DNA of 64,000 nt from Rhodosorus marinus CCMP1338 (taxonomy: Eukaryota; Plantae; Rhodophyta), in contig JAMWBK010000008.1 in assembly GCA_029953675.1 (NCBI GenBank), forward strand, positions 1,550,001 to 1,614,000, read 5' to 3'. Below the pieces are notes generated by a model. That model was not told the DNA's origin. It saw nothing but the letters and a program-made list of their open reading frames with translations, and searched no databases. Of this stretch, positions 24,579-34,685 are shown piece by piece. A program made the translations under genes and the position numbers. Every line of letters starts with the position of its first letter. Position 1 is the first letter of the stretch.

Positions 24579-25001
24579 ACGTCACATTACCTGACGTACG
24601 AAACCTATCGTGCGTATACGTCACCCAAAGATGACGTGAGACGCACGACCAGAAAATCGTCGATTTCAATACGAAACTCAAAATACTTCACATACATTTT
24701 GCGTCATACTTCCAGCTTACTCGACGGGAAAGACTCCCCTTCCCCTCAGCGTTCTCCGTCTTGATAAGTGACTCCATGAGAAAAGCCCCGCCCCCTCCCC
24801 CCACAAAAAAACACAAAAACAAGTGTAGTGATGTGTAACGCTCAACCAACTCAGATTTTGCGATTAAAAAAACAGAAATGGCGTCATCCATCTGGGCTGC
24901 TGATGTCGAAACTTAACCCCCCTCTCCCGTGCCATTAGCAATAGAAAAAGTATCGTCGAGTCCTACGTCATGGTAGTCCTGCGTCATGAGCGTCATGACG
25001 T
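24579..25001. promoter_or_regulatory. Cluster of ten TGACG/CGTCA motifs in the divergent promoter between the APTX-like and DnaJ genes
   Basis: TGACGT/ACGTCA at 24579, 24592, 24618, 24632, 24965, 24996; GCGTCA at 24701, 24881, 24981, 24990. Confidence 0.55.
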
Positions 25002-25426
25002 AGAACTACGTTTTTGATTCACGTTGTTTTATTGGGAAAAAATTCAGGGGTATCGAAAACAAAGAATGGGAGCTGAACGTCAGCCCTTGACATGTGAATC
25101 CTTTTCGCCTTGACAATAGCACAGCTTTCAAATGCTGTTGAAGAAGGTGAAGAGGGTAGGAATCTACTGTGGATGAGGAGGGTTGTTCTCTCAATTCTCA
25201 GTCTCTATGAGCTCTTACCCTCTATTCCACAGCTTCCCGTCCTAGTAGAGGGACCCCAGAGCGAAAATTCCTTGAAAGCAGCACCGTTTTCAGGATTTGT
25301 TTTGGCTGACTGCTGTTAAAAGGTGGTCAAGTTCGCGGGAACCTGTAGGGGGGGAGGAGGTTTGATCCATTTGGTATAGTCTGTCGACGGCGTCAGGGAT
25401 CTACTATTAGAATATTTACAGTAACG

Positions 25427-26716
25427 ATGGGTCGTAGTTACTATGACATCCTCGGCGTATCGAAAGATGCGGAGGAAGATGAGCTGAAGAAGGCATACAA
25501 GAAGCTGGCGATGAAATGGCACCCGGATCGAAATCTGGAAGACAAGGCAAGAGCGGAGAAGGAGTTCAAAGCGGTTTCAGAGGCTTATCAGGTATTATCA
25601 GATAAGGATAAAAGACAGGTATACGATGCATACGGTGAGGATGGCTTGAAAATGGGTGATGGAAACGCTCCCCCGCCAACTGGGGGAATGCATGGGTTTC
25701 CGGCGGGTGCGAAGGGCTTCAGCTTCAGTACTGGAGGACCAGGAGGATGTGAGTATATCCCTTTTTCGAAATATAATCTTTCTCCATGAAGAAACTGACG
25801 ATCTGAAGCTTTCGCGTCGCTTTTCGGTTTTTCCAGTTGGCGAATTTAGGAACGAATTCGATCTATTCCACGATCTCTTTGGAAACAACGATCCTTTTAC
25901 GTCCAGAGGAGGTTCTGGATTCTTCTCCTCGGCTTCAACTGATAACCCGTATCTGCGGAGTACCAGATCATCATCCCAAAGAAAGAAGGATAGAGATCAG
26001 GAGCAGGAGTACGGTCTAACTCTGGAGGAGATGTATACCGGTACCACTAAGAAGATACGTCTGACTCGTGAGGTAAGCCCGCCAGACCGCTTTTACCCTA
26101 CCCAAACGCAGACTGCAAAGAAAGTCTCTTAAAGTTGTGCTGCAGATTCTGGATGCGTCAGGGCAGCGAATGGAGGTGTCACGTGTCCACGAATTTTCAC
26201 TCAAACCTGGGACAAAGAGTGGGACGAAGATTAGGTTTGAAGGAGAGGGGCATGAACGTCACGGCTACGTGCCCGGAGATGTCGTCCTCGTCATCAAAGA
26301 GAAACCCCATAAGATCTACACTCGAAGTGGGAACAATCTGGTTCTGAAGAAGAAGGTTTCCCTTGTGGATGCACTCACGGGTAGGGGTTTAGTCTTTCGA
26401 ACGAGCAGCCCTCGCTGAAGTGAGAGCGTTCTGATGTTTATTGGTGCTCTTTTTGCTGCTTTCTACCCCCTCCCCTCTCCCCCGCAACACAGGCTTTGAG
26501 ATCACCGTAGAAACCTTGGATCATAGGAGGTTCAGAGTTCCAGTAAGAGAAATCATCAACCCGGGGTACAGCAAGACCATCTCCAACGAAGGATTTCCCA
26601 TCAAAGGCGACGTCAACAACCGTGGAGATCTCGTGATCGACTTTGATATTACATTCCCGACATACCTCAGCTCCGACAAGAAGCAGCGCCTGAAAGAAGT
26701 CTTCAGCTCTGACTAG
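25427..26716 (+). CDS. Class-B DnaJ/Hsp40 (DNAJB/Sis1-type), 4 exons
   Basis: J-domain SYYDILGV...KWHPDRN...VLSD, G/F region, C-terminal domain [51 protein letters not shown]. No Cys-rich zinc finger. Confidence 0.93.
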
Positions 26717-27858
26717 GGAGCGGCGCGGAAGCGCGCGGGATCAACTATGAAATAGTTTTAGACGGAGTCCATGGAGCAAGCGGACTCTGAAACCTGTAAT
26801 TTTTTTTTGTTTTGGAGAAGAGGAGAGAAAGAGAGAGGGAGAGAGAGAGACAGGCCGAGCTAAAGAATAACAACCAAAAAACTACCCCTCAAAGCTGTGT
26901 TTGTTTCTCCTCAAGCTATCCAATCTGCCCGTCCTAACAGATCGGTGACCAACAGATCGGTGACCGCTTCCTGCGGGAGAATCGAAAGCAGGGCGTCACA
27001 CTGGTCTAGACCAATCTCGTTAGGTCGTATGTATCATCAAGAGCCTGGCAGGCCGTTGCCGTTTACATCCACATTTGAGCAGTCTCCTGAGCTGGAGCCG
27101 TCCAGACAGAATCGAAAGGCGAGAAATCGTTCGATGACTGGCTCCAGGAAAGAAACTGACCAACGCAAGTCTACGTTTCCTGACTTGGAAGCCACTATCT
27201 CTAACTCTACTGGGTCCGGACTTGACTGATCTGATTGGGGTTCAGTCAGCGGTTGGCTGGCGGCGTGGATGACAGGACAAAGAGGGGCATTCTCGTCTTC
27301 CGTTAATTTCCCAGAAAGAACATAACTATTTTAATAAATCCAGCGGGTAGTGCGATTCTCACCCATCCTTGGGCCCCCAAAACTTTGTGATTTCTCTTCT
27401 ATTCCCCCCTAATCCCATCCCCCACCCACCCCCCACCCAAAAAAAAAAATACCTCCAACCCCACGCCCGGCCTTCTCAAATCTGGTCTCGACCTGTTGTC
27501 TAGCATCCCGAAAACGATGGGACAGACACGAGTCTCAGCTTAAGAAAGGTAGAGAAGCGTTTCCAGAAGAGAGCCCGGTTAAGACTCTTCTGGAAACCTA
27601 AGCGAAGCATATCGTTGGCAAACGGGGAGTTGTGGTGGCGGCTGCATCTTTGTCGCTTTGTTCAAGATTACGCTTGTTTCCTATTTTCTCCTTTTCGGTT
27701 TCTGTACGCTTCTTTTCCATTTTGCCTTGGTTCAGAGCTGATCTTGCAGTGTTGGTGATCACTTTGAGCTCTCTGTCTTCTCAGAGAGTTTTTTGGTCAG
27801 CGGACTGTTGGCGCCGGCAAATTGATCTTCGCAGCGCATCGAGCTGCCGGGATTGACG

Positions 27859-28323
27859 TTATGGTACATACAGAGCCTCCAAGCTAGAGCCTCTTGTTCG
27901 TGATCGTTGAAAATAACCCTCTGAAACTCGCACGGGATCCTTCATGCTCAAAAGCGCCCTTGCAATATCGATACTCTCCGATTCCGAACTATTCGCAGCC
28001 GGCGATGTCCTCGGAGTAAGCGTCACATTCTGAGCTGCCTGTGACGACTTCTTGGCTGAACCCTTCATTCGTTTCTGTCTCAGAAAGTACTTTTGCGCAT
28101 GTGATCGAATCTGTACGGTCGTTTTAGTCCCCACCTCCTGCTTTATCAACTTCCACTCCCTTCCGTACCTCGCCAACGCCCTTAAAAAGCTCGAATGTTC
28201 CTCATCCGTCCAGTACTCCCTCCTCTTAGTCATCACGTACTTTTTCCTCTCCTTCTTCTTCCCTCCATCGCTGTCCATATCCCTCCGCTGCTCATCACTG
28301 TTCGAACTATGTCTCCCACTCAT
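27859..28323 (-). CDS. Single-repeat MYB transcription factor, SHAQKYF class (CCA1/RVE-like); 3' end uncertain because of a probable intron
   Basis: [48 protein letters not shown]; ATG at 28323. Confidence 0.9.
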   Translation of the reverse strand: MSGRHSSNSDEQRRDMDSDGGKKKERKKYVMTKRREYWTDEEHSSFLRALARYGREWKLIKQEVGTKTTVQIRSHAQKYFLRQKRMKGSAKKSSQAAQNVTLTPRTSPAANSSESESIDIARALLSMKDPVRVSEGYFQRSRTRGSSLEALYVP

Positions 28324-30186
28324 CCCCACGCTCCAGAAAAGCCCCCTCCCCCCCCGCGCCCCCGGCCTCCCCCTAAAAATTACCACACCAAAAACAAAAC
28401 CCACAACTCAAAACCCTTCCTCCATCCAAACCATCCTCACAAGACATTCATCACCCTATATATACCTCCCATCCGATTCCTCACGTCCCCCTTCCCCCCA
28501 TCACCAGACCCATGACCTCCCTAACCCTCTCACTACGACCATTGCCAGAAAACCAATCCCCCCATACACGAAACCCTAATAGGATCAATGGATCCCCATC
28601 AAAATCCAATACCGATCAAATCACGTTAAAAATTAACAATTATATATAAAAATATTTCTATATCCTATCTCCCCCTTATATCATTTCGTAAATTCCAAAC
28701 CCCGATGGTCAAGCAATGATCTTATCCCTCCTTTAAGCAAGTCAAAACAAAAATATGTATCGCTATCCATCAACCCCTCCTATTTAGAAGTAATTTTGTT
28801 TTAAAGTAATTAAATCGAATATATGGAGAAGGTATTTTAGGGGTAATTTGTTTTGATTTTGGTGATGCATGCGGATATTGGTTGACGGGTCGGTGGCGTA
28901 ATTGTTCGAATGTTATCGTTTTGGCAGTGGAGGGGGGTTAAATAGGGAGTTACCGAGCGAATCCGCGAAAATAACGGAAAAAAAAAAGATCGTACCGATT
29001 TTAGGCATATTCGTGAACCTCCGGTTGGACAATCTCTCCAACTTGAAAAACAATTTTTACTTAATAATTAGCGTACATATCCGGTTTTATTAGGAACAAT
29101 GAGATCTATTTTGATTGAGATATAGACCAATCATATCTTACATCGTACTCGTTCTTAGTACTCCCAACCCGCTTTCGTGGCTTGTTTTTTAGTAGATATT
29201 AACGGTATCCCCATGCTTCTTGTCCAATCGAAGTGCTCTTTCTACAGAATGTTGTTTTTCGGATGATTTATTGGAGCATAGTTATTGACTGATATATCGA
29301 CTGAATTCTCACTTTTTGTTTTTCTTTTTGTGGCCCGGATTCGTCTTCGCCATCACTTCCTTTTTTGTAAAAATGCAAAACATCGAAAAGCTTGTTTTTT
29401 CTTCTTATTTCGTGAGCAGCAGTTAAAGAGGTGCAGAGTGCGCGCGCGCGCGCCCATAAACCGGGTTTTTGAGGGGTATGCGAGGAAGTAAAATACTACC
29501 GCTGACGAGGTGGAATTGGGCCAAAAAAAAGGAAAAGAAAAATACACCCCCCCATCAATATTCGTGAAGTTGTTTTTTTTGTGGGGGGAGGGGTCCAAGA
29601 CGAGTGGTTTTCTTCTCATTCCTTGCCCGTTTGCTCGGTTGGGGAATGGAATTGAAGGTGGGCTTGAGTGGGCCGAATCTGAGACTTTTTTTACAAGGAT
29701 TGCACCACAAGTTCAGTCAATATCAGAGGTATCAATTCGTTGAATGGGGGGGGGGTGTGTGTGTGTCCAAGCTGACAAGAAAAAATCCAGGGGGTGGCTT
29801 GGTTGTTGTCATGAGAGTGCTGGTAACCGCAGGGGAGGGGGTAGTGCAGACTGTGAAGTGCTCGACTTACCATTTCGAGAATGGGAACTAAGTAAATTCC
29901 ATAGTCGCCGGGCTGGTGGATGCGATACGGTCTGTTGTGAATATCTAGTCGCGTTTCGCGTTAAGGACAGACGAGCACGAGCTCGAAGGGCAAAATGAGT
30001 CCACGACTTTGCGCTGGACTGATCTCAACAAAATCATTATTGGTTGTGAAAAGTTTCTTTCTTGAAAAACAACTGGGTGCTATATGGACAGGACCGTCCT
30101 TACCGGAAATCTACAACTAAAACAACCGCGAAATAATTAGCCCGAGGTGCTACGTTCGTTGTGCTCAGCCCGTCCAGCTCACCCGC

Positions 30187-32088
30187 TTAGCTCTTCTTCG
30201 GCTTGTTAATTCGGAGCAATAAATAGCCAAGACATCGGAGGACAACGGTACTCCCAATAAGCCCGCCGTACGCTGCTCCCTTTGAAACGTTTCCGTACCG
30301 AGAGAACACGATATCCTGGTTCACATCCCCCGTGAACTGAGAGTACATAATAAGAGTGAGCCCGTACTTGATCCAGGACAGGTACTGCAGCCAGCTCAGC
30401 CAAACCGGTACGAGGTCCAGGTCAATCAAGAAACCAGAGAACAGGAACGCTAGGATGATGAACACCGTCACAATTGAAGACGTTCTTCTTTCGTTTTTCA
30501 CAAATGTTGAAACGCAGATTGTCATGCTCTCCGATGCCCAAGCGATGAAGAACAAGATCATGCTATACTCGAAGAAAGCTCCTGCTTCTACGCGAAATCC
30601 AACAATGAAGTAGTTGAAAGATGTGAATACCAACACGAACGATTTTGTCCTCAGAATCTCAAAAAGCGTTTTCGCAACGAAGTAAGAAGACACTCTGTAC
30701 ATCCTGCTGGCACGTTCTCGTAAGACGATCGCCCGCTCCATGGGGAAGACAAACAAGAGCCTAAAAGCCCAATTGAAAGATTCGCTGATAGAAGCGAAAG
30801 CAAGCGCTCCGATAAGAGCATTCAATCGATCTAGTGTGGGGTCGGCCCAATAGTCGTAGCCTACGCCAATCCAGATCAGTCCTAACAACACGCCCATGAC
30901 TACTGCGATACCAGCTCTGATCATGTTCTGCTCTGTGTCCCTCCACATCAAAATGAAAAACCTCTTAAGTAAATACCCAAGCTCCCTTGGCCAGGAAGAA
31001 CTGTACTTCGAAAACTTCTCATCCTGCTTTGCACCAAGTGCATCGGGCTCCACATAATCGTCAAGCATGCCATCGTCTTCCGCAGATTCCAAGTACCTCG
31101 AAGCCAGCATCTGTATCCTCTCGCTGGTTTCCTCCTCCTCCTTCTCAGACGTTCTCGAGTCCGCAGGGATCAAGTCGATCGCGAAGTCGGCAGGATTGTA
31201 CTCGGGAGGACAGGGATGGCCCAGCTTTGTAAAGTAAGCAACCGCTTCGTTGGCTGGGCCAAAGTACACGACTTCTCCTTTAGATAGAAGTAGCAGTTGA
31301 TCGAAAAGCGAGAAGATGTCGGACCTCGGCTGGTGGATCGTGGTGACAATAGTCCTTCCACGTTCCGCTAGGCTCCTCAACGATTGCATCACGTTCAGTG
31401 CGTTGAACGAATCCAGACCTGACGTGGGCTCGTCCAGGAAGATCAGCGATGGACTCGTCACAAGCTCCGTTCCAATGCTCACCCTTCGCTTCTCTCCCCC
31501 ACTCACTCCCGGAACGCTCTCACCACCAATCATCGATTCCTTCACATTCTGGAGGCCCAACTCGTTGATGATCTCATCAGCCCTGGTACGGCGCTTCTCT
31601 TTTTCAACCTTCATCGGAAGTCTCAGGTCCGCCGAGAACCGAATCTGCTCCTGAACAGTAAGTGCCTCGAACATGTTGTCGCTCTGCTCTACATATGCCG
31701 CGTACTTTTCGAAAGTTTTGAAGTCACGCTTGTTACCGTTGACAAGCACTTCACCGCCGGTCACAACGTTCTTCGACGATGGCAGCCTCCCTGACAGAAG
31801 GTTGAGCAGCGTCGTCTTCCCCGCACCAGGTGAACCCATAATCGCAAGCATCTGCCTGGGCCTCACAGTGCCGTTCATCGACTTCAGAATCGGCTTCGCG
31901 TTCTTGCCCTTGACCGCGTAGCTCAAGTCCTTCCACTGCAGGTGAACAGGCTCCAACATGGTGCTCATCATCGGGTGGTCCCATCCATTCTGCCAATAGC
32001 CCATCCCCATCTCCACGTCCACGCTCTTCTCGTCCACCACCATCTCGCTCACCATCCCGCCAACCGGATCCGCAGCATCCGCCCCCAT
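30187..32088 (-). CDS. ABCG half-transporter (White/BCRP type), copy A1, intronless
   Basis: NBD-TMD order; Walker A GSPGAGKTT, signature VSGGEKRRV, Walker B LIFLDEPTSGLD, H-loop TIHQP. Start placed at MGADAAD (32088) from paralogue alignment and a TATAAA at 32202-32207. Confidence 0.95.
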   Translation of the reverse strand: MGADAADPVGGMVSEMVVDEKSVDVEMGMGYWQNGWDHPMMSTMLEPVHLQWKDLSYAVKGKNAKPILKSMNGTVRPRQMLAIMGSPGAGKTTLLNLLSGRLPSSKNVVTGGEVLVNGNKRDFKTFEKYAAYVEQSDNMFEALTVQEQIRFSADLRLPMKVEKEKRRTRADEIINELGLQNVKESMIGGESVPGVSGGEKRRVSIGTELVTSPSLIFLDEPTSGLDSFNALNVMQSLRSLAERGRTIVTTIHQPRSDIFSLFDQLLLLSKGEVVYFGPANEAVAYFTKLGHPCPPEYNPADFAIDLIPADSRTSEKEEEETSERIQMLASRYLESAEDDGMLDDYVEPDALGAKQDEKFSKYSSSWPRELGYLLKRFFILMWRDTEQNMIRAGIAVVMGVLLGLIWIGVGYDYWADPTLDRLNALIGALAFASISESFNWAFRLLFVFPMERAIVLRERASRMYRVSSYFVAKTLFEILRTKSFVLVFTSFNYFIVGFRVEAGAFFEYSMILFFIAWASESMTICVSTFVKNERRTSSIVTVFIILAFLFSGFLIDLDLVPVWLSWLQYLSWIKYGLTLIMYSQFTGDVNQDIVFSRYGNVSKGAAYGGLIGSTVVLRCLGYLLLRINKPKKS

Positions 32089-32245
32089 AGTTCTATCCAG
32101 AGTAGTACCCAAGCACTTCTGACTAAACAGATCCGTTTGCATGCAGATAGCTTCCCTCCCTCCCCCCTACGGAACCTGGCTCACTTGAGGACAACTCAAT
32201 ATTTATAGTCTTCTAAAGAAGAATCCATTTCACAAGCTAAAGACG

Positions 32246-32413
32246 TAACAATGTCCTTTTGGCCCCCGAAGCATTTAACAATGGCCTTTTGGCCCTCTAA
32301 GCAGTTAACAATGGCCTTTTGGGCCCCCAAGCAGGTAACAATGGCCTTTTGGCCCCCCAAGCAGGTAACAATGGCCTTGACCTAGCTCCCCTCTAAAAAA
32401 GGTAACAATGGCC
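32246..32413. repeat. 30-bp minisatellite in the ABCG-A1 promoter
   Basis: Unit taacaatggccttttggccccccaagcagg; taacaatg starts at 32246, 32276, 32306, 32336, 32366 and a partial copy at 32403. Confidence 0.9.
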
Positions 32414-33448
32414 GAGGCAGTGTCCGAGGAAAAATCTGAGTCTCGAAGAGACCAAAAAAATTAGAAACACAACCAGAAAGCCCACAAACGAGCGCGTCAC
32501 TGACAGTCGTTATCTCTCTGCTGGGGGGGAGCGCCATAGATCTGCTGCTACAACTGGTGACGTCACAAAGAAGTGAAATGGGCAGGGTTGGCTTTATGGA
32601 TTTCTCCATTGCTTCGCGAAGTTATTTTGTTCCGCGAGCGCCAGAACGGGATTTTCCTCGTTATCAGGTTTGAGTTTCCTGATGGTGAGTATTGAAACTG
32701 CTTGCTTTGATCATCAGTGCACGACCTTTTCGCGTTCAATTGTTAATTTTTTTTTTTCTGCATTCGCAACACGACTCATCCACGGACAGTAAGAAAAACA
32801 ATTGAGCGGAGGAGAAAATTTCGTTTGCATTTAAAAAAAATGAGACTAAGCATCCAGTAAACTAAAAATAGTTCCTTCCCCTCCGTTTCATTGGTCGCCG
32901 ATAATTACATAGCAATCGACCAAAAACAATTGCCATCGCTTGCGGAATGTAGAATGTTTTTGAATAAAACCTGAAATCTTATCTACACTGCACGACCCGG
33001 GAGAACATATTTTCGACATCCGCGCTAGTGCGACACAGGATCGCGTAGCCTTTCGTCTTGGAAGGGTGGATCCTAACAACTTTCCCTCGAGGCCATCATT
33101 CTGGGATAGTAGACTCCTACAATGAAAAAGCGCTAATATAATTAGTTCCCTCTTAGCTGGAGGTGCCTGGTAGCGGAGTGTTACCGAGACCGCCGTTGCT
33201 GGTTTTTTTTTTTCAACATCTGTTCTAACGACCCCAAAGTGTTACTAAAATGAATACCGGCCAGATATTATGAGCCCTGAGAACTACCTCCAACTACCGC
33301 TACCCAAGTGGAAACAACAATCAACTTTTCCGCACCGACCTAATCAGTGGCAAAAAGCGCCAACGGCTTTTGCTAGAGTTCAGCCTTCCAGCTGTCAAGT
33401 TGAGAGAAATTGTGCTCAGGCTGTGCCAGACTCTCCGGAACTGGAATA

Positions 33449-33925
33449 GGTTGGCCGGTATTGACTTTGCGCCTTGGCATAGTTGGAAGGTCAGACCAAA
33501 TGTCTTTATACGGACGAGATGATTGCAGACGTTCTCACGAAGACATACACCAAGGCTCTGACAGAGGAACTGAGATCCGATCTTGGTGTCGTAGAGAGAC
33601 CTTCCTCGATGGTATAAGGGCGAGGGGGAGTGGTGGTCGGTATTGACTTTGCCCTTGGCATAGTTGGAAGGTCAGGCCAGGTAGCGGGGCCGGGATAGTA
33701 TAGTATAGGCTGTGGGCATAGTTGGAAGGTCAGATCAGGTAGCGTAGCTGGGACAGTATAGTAGGGTTGTGCCAAGGGGTCGGCTTTTTCGCTGTATACC
33801 CCTCTAACCCCCCCTGTTTTCGCGGGTTTAACCACTTCTGGGTCGTAAACAGCGAAAACACCGACCCACTTGGCACAACCCTAAGTATAGTATAGGCCGT
33901 AAGCATAGTTGGAAGGTCAGACGCT
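33449..33925 (+). mobile_element. Ty1/copia 3' remnant: end of RNase H, polypurine tract and LTR-like sequence with internal repeats
   Basis: 33498-33597 translates KCLYTDEMIADVLTKTYTKALTEELRSDLGVVE (copia pol C-terminus). Purine tract aagggcgagggggag at 33616-33630 is followed by TG; gcatagttggaaggtcag occurs 4 times. Confidence 0.7.
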
Positions 33926-34685
33926 GGCTGGTCTGCAGCCAGCATAGCTGGGATTCTATATCCGGTGAATAGATAGTATGCTGCAGACCCGAACCAGAGC
34001 CATTCAGGGCCTCAGAAAAAGGTCATCATGGCATGGCAGCAGGAATAGATTTGGGATATGTTACCTAATTTGGGATTAACTAGGAAGGAAGCTAGCAAAC
34101 TTGAATTCTGGAAGAACTGACGCGTAAATCCAGTGGACGCACGAAACTTGGCAGCGAAAGTCCACTTTTTTTCTTAGAAACTTGGAAACATGTCTTGACC
34201 CACCTCCCCCCCTCCCCCCCTCTGCAGCCGTTTTTAGCACTGTACATGACCAGATGGCCAAATCAACGATAAAACTCTATTGATTGATTATAAATGATTG
34301 CGTGATATTGACTGATTTTCTTGGCAATCCTTCCAAATTCTTTCAGATTCGGCAGATTTGGGTGATAGTAGGTAAACACCGGTTTTTGCATATCGAACAG
34401 TTTTTTTTCAAATCGGCTTTACTCGCTTAATTACAGCGATTCCAGCTCGGATGTTAGGTGAACACTACAACGGCTAATTAGCTGGTGGTTGATGCGGCTT
34501 GCCATAATTTTCTCTTACCCTGACATGAATGTCGTCCGCAGCACCGGCAGGGACTTCTCACATTCCCGTCACGGCGGAGGGAAGTGCATGTATCGAACCT
34601 GGACCACATATCTGTAGTAGTGCAACAAAATACGTACTTATTTGGATAAATTCTCTATGCACATAGTGCGGGGGATTTAATAACG

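Noticed and set aside
32246-32413. GGCCTTTTGGC in the minisatellite matches U2 snRNA stem I; the array also looks superficially CRISPR-like
   Set aside because: No U2 branch-recognition or Sm-site context. Units abut with no unique spacers, there are no cas genes, and the context is eukaryotic.
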